32,489 nt of DNA from Candidatus Eiseniibacteriota bacterium (GTDB lineage: Bacteria; Eisenbacteria; RBG-16-71-46; DASYSL01). How positions within the stretch are numbered: position 1 is the stretch's first letter; every line of letters starts with the position of its first letter. A program made the translations under genes and the position numbers. The stretch lies in assembly GCA_046598045.1 (NCBI GenBank), contig JBKJJJ010000013.1:1-32489 (forward strand), given 5' to 3'. The notes below the pieces were generated by a model, which saw nothing but the letters and a program-made list of their open reading frames with translations, was not told the origin of the DNA and made no database searches. Shown in pieces: positions 27,352-32,489 of this stretch.

Positions 27352-30075
27352 TCAACGCTCGGCAGTCTGCGCCCGTTTCAGCGCTCGTTCCACCTCGGTG
27401 CGGTAGTTCAGCACGATGTCGAACTGACGAACCTCGTTCTCCCCGTCGGCCTTGCGAGTAATCAGCAACGAGCCGTCGGGGAGCGGCTCGAAGTCGGCTG
27501 CTCCCAGGACCCACGGTGAGAGATCGAAACGCTTCGTGGGCTCCGAAGCCACGAGCGAGAGCGAGACCGTCGCACCCATGACCGCGAGGTCAGTGGTCCC
27601 CCAGAGCAGGGTGGTGTTGTCAGCCCACTGTGGATGGACACCGGCGGCACGCGAAACGGGAACCGGATCGCCGGCACGACCGTCCGACCGCAGCGCCGCC
27701 ACGACCACGTAGTCTTCGCCGTTCTCCTGGGACAGGTAGGCGATGCGGCTTCCATCCGGGGAGATTGAGCCCGGGCCGACGTCGTAAGACTCGCGGACGA
27801 CTTCGGCCGTCGTCGCGGTGTCGGCACCAGGCGTCACGCGGAGGAGAATCCGTCGCCCTTGCTCCGTCTGCGGGTTTGCCAGCACGGACCGGCCATCCGG
27901 ATACCACTCCGGGGGTCCCTCGGCGAAGAGTCCGCGCGCGGCATGGATCCTGCGCGCGGCCAGGTCCCCACCGATCGGCGCGAGCCAGAGACCGGACGAG
28001 GAATCCTGTCCCATCCGGATCCACACCACATCCCGGCCGTTCGGCGCGATCCGCCCGTCGAAGCAGTCCTCTCCCTCGACGAACGCGAACCGGCGAGCGA
28101 TGGCCACGTCGTGCTTGAGAATCGACACCTGCCAGGTGGCGTAGCCGGGGGGCGCCTCCGCCACGACCGCAGATCGGCCGTCCGGTGAGATCGCGGGGGA
28201 TCGTTCGAATGCGGAGCGCAGGTCGTTCCAGGGTTCGATCCGGCCATCGGGTCGAACCACAGCGAGGCTGCGCTGCCTCGCCACCGCGGTGCCCGGCACG
28301 TAGCCAAGGTCGCCGGAGGGCGAAACCGCGAAATTCGCGTTCGACCAGGACTGGGCGGCTCGCAATCCGTCGAGGACTGCAACCGGCCGCGACCCGAGCC
28401 GCCGGGTGACGGGATCCCAGCGCGCCGCAAGGAGCGTCCCTCTTCGCGTCATCAGGATCCGATCCCGCTGGAGGAGCCTCGGTGCGCTCGCGTTTTCCTC
28501 GAGGAGGGTGAGGTCCCCGTCCTCCACGTCCAGCTTCCAGCAGCTCTCCACAAAGTCTGTCGATTGATAGGCGCTCGCCATGGCGAGAACCGTGCGGCCG
28601 TCGGGGAGCGCCTGGACCATGTCCAGCTCGGCAAGGGCGCGGGGACAATGAAGCGGCCGCCATCGTGGGGCTTCGGAGGCTCCGGGAGCGATCAGTGCGA
28701 AACGCTTCCATGTGCGTTCCGCAACGACCAGGCGGCCATCCGAAAATGCCGTCCAGCTCGCGTAGTCCTCGGACCAGGGGGTGACCTTCGTCGCGGGTGA
28801 GGAACCGTCCACGGGAATACGTCGCAGCTCCCTCTGGCGCGAACCCTCCGTGACGGCCGTCAAGATGTACAGCCATCGTCCGCCGTGCACCTCCCGCCAC
28901 TCCACCACTCCTTCGGACCCCGCGATCTTCCTCCAACCGAACTGGTTGAATTCGCGCCGCCAGATCGCGCGGGACGACGCCCCCCGCTGCAGGCATAGGG
29001 CGTGAAGCCCTTTGCCGTCGGCGGCGAACCGCATCTCGAGCACGACGAGATCCCGCGGTGCCACGACCGAGAATCGCCGCACTTCCCGCCCACTCGGCGC
29101 AAAGGCGCCGCGGAGCGCCCAGCCGGCCGCGAGCACGGCGATGGCCGCGAGGGCGAGCGCGGGGGTCGGGCCCGCCCAGAGCGAACGCCGGGGGGGCCGG
29201 ACCGGAGAAGGGACACCCTCGGAGCCGGCGTCCGCGATCCAGTGAAGCTCGAGGGCAAGATCGTGCGCCGCTTGCAGGCGATTCTCCGGGTCCTTTGCGA
29301 GGCACGCTCGGACCAGCCGATCGAGCGCCGCCGGCGTCACCGGATTCAGCCCTGTCATCGATCGGGGCTCTTCCTTGAAGACGGCCGCGATCAGGCTGGC
29401 CTGACTCTCCCCCGCGAACGCCCGCACGCCGGTCGCCATCTCGTACAGCACGCACCCGAGGGCCCAGATGTCCGATCGAGCGTCCGCCCCCTTCCCCTCG
29501 AGCTGCTCCGGTGACATGTACTGGAGCGTCCCGACGATGGTGCCCTCGACCGTGAGTGATCGGCTCACGGTCTGCGGCTGGCTCAGCGTGCCTGACGCGA
29601 AACCCGTCCCCCGCGCGAGGCCGAAGTCCACGAGCTTCGCACCGCCCTTCGTCAGCATCACGTTCGCCGGCTTCAGGTCCCGGTGCGCGACCCCGGCGCG
29701 ATGCGCCCGGTCCAGCGCCTCCGCGATTTGCCTGCCAAGCGCCAGGACCTCGGCGATCGGCAGCGGGCCCCTTTCGAGCCGATGCTCCAGGGACTCGCCG
29801 TCGAGCAGCTCCATGACCAGGAAGTCGATTCCATCCTGGTGACCGACGTCGTGAAGGGTGCAGATGTGCGGATGGTTGAGCTGGGAGATACTGCGCGCTT
29901 CGCGCTCGAAGCGAGCGCGCCCCTCGGGGGTCGCGGCTAGGTGCGGAGGCAACACCTTGACGGCGACGTCGCGTCCGAGGCGCGTATCGCGTGCGCGATA
30001 CACCTCGCCCATGCCCCCGGCGCCGATGGGAGCGATGATCGTATAGGGACCAAGCGTGGTTCCCGCAGCCAGCAT
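27352..30075 (-). CDS. Membrane Ser/Thr kinase with C-terminal TolB/PD40-like propeller (alternative start 30087)
   Basis: LGPY.I...IGAGGMGEVYRARDTRLGRDVAVK, HRDLKPAN, DFGLA, SPE; TM segment ALALAAIAVLAAGWAL; ISPDG / W.PDG repeats. Confidence 0.93.
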   Translation of the reverse strand: MLAAGTTLGPYTIIAPIGAGGMGEVYRARDTRLGRDVAVKVLPPHLAATPEGRARFEREARSISQLNHPHICTLHDVGHQDGIDFLVMELLDGESLEHRLERGPLPIAEVLALGRQIAEALDRAHRAGVAHRDLKPANVMLTKGGAKLVDFGLARGTGFASGTLSQPQTVSRSLTVEGTIVGTLQYMSPEQLEGKGADARSDIWALGCVLYEMATGVRAFAGESQASLIAAVFKEEPRSMTGLNPVTPAALDRLVRACLAKDPENRLQAAHDLALELHWIADAGSEGVPSPVRPPRRSLWAGPTPALALAAIAVLAAGWALRGAFAPSGREVRRFSVVAPRDLVVLEMRFAADGKGLHALCLQRGASSRAIWRREFNQFGWRKIAGSEGVVEWREVHGGRWLYILTAVTEGSRQRELRRIPVDGSSPATKVTPWSEDYASWTAFSDGRLVVAERTWKRFALIAPGASEAPRWRPLHCPRALAELDMVQALPDGRTVLAMASAYQSTDFVESCWKLDVEDGDLTLLEENASAPRLLQRDRILMTRRGTLLAARWDPVTRRLGSRPVAVLDGLRAAQSWSNANFAVSPSGDLGYVPGTAVARQRSLAVVRPDGRIEPWNDLRSAFERSPAISPDGRSAVVAEAPPGYATWQVSILKHDVAIARRFAFVEGEDCFDGRIAPNGRDVVWIRMGQDSSSGLWLAPIGGDLAARRIHAARGLFAEGPPEWYPDGRSVLANPQTEQGRRILLRVTPGADTATTAEVVRESYDVGPGSISPDGSRIAYLSQENGEDYVVVAALRSDGRAGDPVPVSRAAGVHPQWADNTTLLWGTTDLAVMGATVSLSLVASEPTKRFDLSPWVLGAADFEPLPDGSLLITRKADGENEVRQFDIVLNYRTEVERALKRAQTAER

Positions 30076-30314
30076 GAGTGCCCCCATCGAAAGCCATCAG
30101 GGCTTGCTTTCGCATCTTCGAGGCACGCTACACCAGAGCACGGCCGAAGCAAACCTAGTCCGCCAGCCCCGGGCCATCCCCGGTCCCGGGTCGGCGCCGG
30201 CCTTGGGCCCGCTTTGCTCCCTTCGATCCCGCCACGGGGCCCTCGAGGGCAAGGCCGCCGTTCACCGCGGAGTTCAAAGCGTCGCTGGCGTTCTCGACGA
30301 GAAACGAAGCGTCG

Positions 30315-30776
30315 TTAGCCCGCCAGGATCCGCGCTAGCTGGATGCGATGCCGCATGGGATGCACGACCGCGTGTTCCAGCATCTGCTCGATGGTGTGGA
30401 GTTCCCCCCACCGGCTGAGGTACTGCTTCCCGGAGACGCGGTCGTTGTCGAGCGGCGCGAGATGCCGCCGCCAACCGTCGAGCGTCTCGGCCATGAACGC
30501 ATCGAGCTGCGGCACGATCACGGCTTGGTCCCGCACGAGCGGGAGGCCCTCGATCGGCTGCTCGAGCATCTCCCAGATCCACAGCAGGTAGCTCCGCGCC
30601 GCGCCCTGCACGTGCGCCACGAGTCGCTCGGGGCTCTCGTAGTCGGCATCGCCTTGAGCGTCGGGCATCGGCTTGCCCGCGGCCACGAAACGCTTCCAGG
30701 TCGCGACGAAGTCCCGAAGCTCCTGCTCGTGCAATTCCACCAGGCTGCGCACTCCGCGGCTCTTGAACTCTTCCAT
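30315..30776 (-). CDS. DinB-superfamily protein
   Basis: AAGGAGG RBS before ATG 30776; LVAHV and TIEQMLEHAVVHPMRHRIQL His motifs. Confidence 0.8.
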   Translation of the reverse strand: MEEFKSRGVRSLVELHEQELRDFVATWKRFVAAGKPMPDAQGDADYESPERLVAHVQGAARSYLLWIWEMLEQPIEGLPLVRDQAVIVPQLDAFMAETLDGWRRHLAPLDNDRVSGKQYLSRWGELHTIEQMLEHAVVHPMRHRIQLARILAG

Positions 30777-30899
30777 CGATTCGCCCTCCTTCCGGGTGGC
30801 CGGGATCGTGCACCGGGTCGGGTCGCGCGACAACACCAGAATCGAGGCGACGCTGTACGCTTCCGTGGAGTGGCTGCTGAGGGCGGCGGAGTGGAGATC

Positions 30900-32204
30900 C
30901 TAGGCTTCGCCGATCGCCCGCAGCATCGCGTGGCGAAACGGAGCAGGCGTCATGCGCCCCAGCTTCACCTCGCCGCACCCCACGTGCCGGGCCAACGACC
31001 ACAGCGAGGCGGCGATCCCCGCCAGTGCCTCGTCGCGATCGACGACCCCCCAGTGCGGGTGAGGCGGCGCCTGGCCTTTGGCCAGCCAGGACTCGAGATG
31101 AACGTGCCGGGCCTCGAGCACGCCCGCCTCGCGGTGCGTCTTGGCGTCGACCCGACCGACGAGCTGGCCCGCGTGCAGAACGGGCAGGCTGTAGTAGCCA
31201 TGCGTGCGGGCATGTCCGGGCACGTAGATTTCGATGCGATAGTGGTATTTCCATATGCGCAGCGCGCGCTCGCGGTGCCACAGGAACGAGTCGAATGGCG
31301 ACAGCAGGGTCGTCCCCCGCGATGGCGCGCGGCGCCGATCCGCCCGCTCGAGCGCGTCCAGGTCCTCCGTGCGCGCGAACCACCTCGAGCGCTGGCCCTC
31401 GACCGAAACTTCGCTCACGAGCCCCTCGCGCACGAGCGCGGCGAGCGCGACGTGCATCTCCTTCGCGGGCCAGCGCGGCGAGGTCCAGTACCAGTGCAGG
31501 TCATCGAGGGCCGCCGCGCCCATCGCCGCCAGCGAGCGCAGAAGGCGCTGGCGCCTCGCCTCCTCGAGCGCAAGAGGTGCGGTCGTCGCGGCTCGAGGGA
31601 GGACCTGACTCATGGTCGCGAAGCGCTTTTGAAAGTGACGGCGCGAGTGCACCGCGATCCGCCCCGCCTTCCACAGGTAGTCGAGGGCGTGCGTCGCGGG
31701 CTTCCACGTCCACCAGCCGCCGCCTTTGCCCATGTGTGCCGGCCGCTCGAAGTCCGCGTTGCCGAGCGGGCCGCGTTCGGCAATGACCTGCTCGACGGCG
31801 TCCACCAGCGGCTGTTCCCGTCCGGGGTAGGCGTAGCGATTGCGAAAAGTCCTCGGCACGTCGGCCATGAACGCGAGCCAGATCGGCAGATCTTCGGTGG
31901 CGACGAAGCAGGCGACATGCGAGAGGTATTCGAACAGCACGCGGCGGCGATAGATCAAACGCTCGAGCGTGCCGCGGTCGTACTCGCCGAAGCGGCTCCA
32001 GAGCGTCACGTGGTGCGCCCGGTCGAGCACGTTGACCGAATCAATCTGCACGCCGCCGGTCGCCCGCGCGAAGGCACCCAGCGAGCGCGCGCTCAAACGC
32101 CGCGCGCGCGGCCGGTCGAGCCACTGGCGCTCGAGGAATAGCGCGGCGGCCGCCCGGCGGGTGACGCTGAGCGGAGGCGCGGTCCGGGAGTGCCGGGTTG
32201 TCAA
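30900..32204 (-). CDS. ycaQ: YcaQ-like (HTH_42) interstrand-crosslink repair DNA glycosylase; start approximate
   Basis: VQIDSVNVLDRAHHVTLWSRFG (QxD motif), LFEY..H, GWW.WKP, LLSPFD, YRIEIYVP...R.HGYY.LP.L...LVGRVDAK. Confidence 0.88.
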   Translation of the reverse strand: MTTRHSRTAPPLSVTRRAAAALFLERQWLDRPRARRLSARSLGAFARATGGVQIDSVNVLDRAHHVTLWSRFGEYDRGTLERLIYRRRVLFEYLSHVACFVATEDLPIWLAFMADVPRTFRNRYAYPGREQPLVDAVEQVIAERGPLGNADFERPAHMGKGGGWWTWKPATHALDYLWKAGRIAVHSRRHFQKRFATMSQVLPRAATTAPLALEEARRQRLLRSLAAMGAAALDDLHWYWTSPRWPAKEMHVALAALVREGLVSEVSVEGQRSRWFARTEDLDALERADRRRAPSRGTTLLSPFDSFLWHRERALRIWKYHYRIEIYVPGHARTHGYYSLPVLHAGQLVGRVDAKTHREAGVLEARHVHLESWLAKGQAPPHPHWGVVDRDEALAGIAASLWSLARHVGCGEVKLGRMTPAPFRHAMLRAIGEA

Positions 32205-32214
32205 GGCTTCCGAC

Positions 32215-32489
32215 CTATCCCAGCCGCTTCAGGAATTCCAGAACGCGCTCCTTGAGCAGCGCGGCCGGCGCCTCGTCGTAGTCCCCGGAGCTCGAGTCCG
32301 CGAAGAGGTGTCCCTTGGCGGGATAGAGAAACAGCTCCGCGCCGAGGGCCTCCTTCACCAGCGCCTCGGCGGCGGGGAGATCCTCCTCGGTCCAGGGATC
32401 GTGCTCCATCATGTGGATCTGGAGCGGCACGCCCTCGGGCCACGGGCCGCCGAACATCGCCGGCGGCACGCACGAGGTGATGAGCAGCG
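32215..32489 (-). CDS. Dienelactone hydrolase family protein, C-terminal part (truncated by window edge)
   Basis: WPEGVPLQIH...DPW, AELFLYP..GHLFAD....YDE..A.LL.ERVL.FL. Confidence 0.8.
   Translation of the reverse strand, partial: LLITSCVPPAMFGGPWPEGVPLQIHMMEHDPWTEEDLPAAEALVKEALGAELFLYPAKGHLFADSSSGDYDEAPAALLKERVLEFLKRLG

Noticed and set aside
27620..30115. 831-aa alternative-frame ORF
   Set aside because: Shadow of the kinase gene; low-complexity Arg/Ala/Gly composition.
30348..32141. 597-aa antisense ORF (likewise 2005-3453, 9992-11725, 14650-16503)
   Set aside because: Antisense to well-supported genes; typical stop-poor reverse frames in high-GC DNA.

Overview
High-GC bacterial chromosomal window. 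The abundance of secreted proteins with FlgD-Ig/T9SS-type-A-like C-termini plus a TWGxIKxxYR tail suggests an FCB-group lineage such as Ca. Eisenbacteria (inference). Left part: a secreted TPR protein, a DUF3857-transglutaminase-DUF2569 protein, two tRNA-Ser genes flanking an NHL-repeat gene, then a patchwork of small genes (DHFR-like, TPR remnant, ArsR-SRPBCC, DUF1569, SDR). Centre (8.5-22.9 kb): four consecutive large secreted proteins sharing a C-terminal Ig-like sorting domain: a 14-repeat FG-GAP protein, a frameshifted 7-repeat propeller, a beta-helix plus metzincin protein, and a duplicated WNP-repeat protein with Calx-beta. These converge on an ECF43/TIGR02999-type sigma factor translationally coupled to a soluble Ser/Thr kinase-STAND ATPase-TPR protein. 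Right part: a membrane kinase-PD40 protein, DinB, YcaQ-like glycosylase and a partial dienelactone hydrolase. The best candidate for an undescribed system is an intracellular NLR-like kinase acting on an ECF sigma that controls secreted propeller/protease cargo. Supporting it is a motif (ATGAGCC-W-ATTTC-N10-ATGCTT) at nearly the same distance upstream of both plus-strand cargo units. No CRISPR, rRNA, integrase or transposase was seen. All domain calls are from motif recognition by eye, not database searches.
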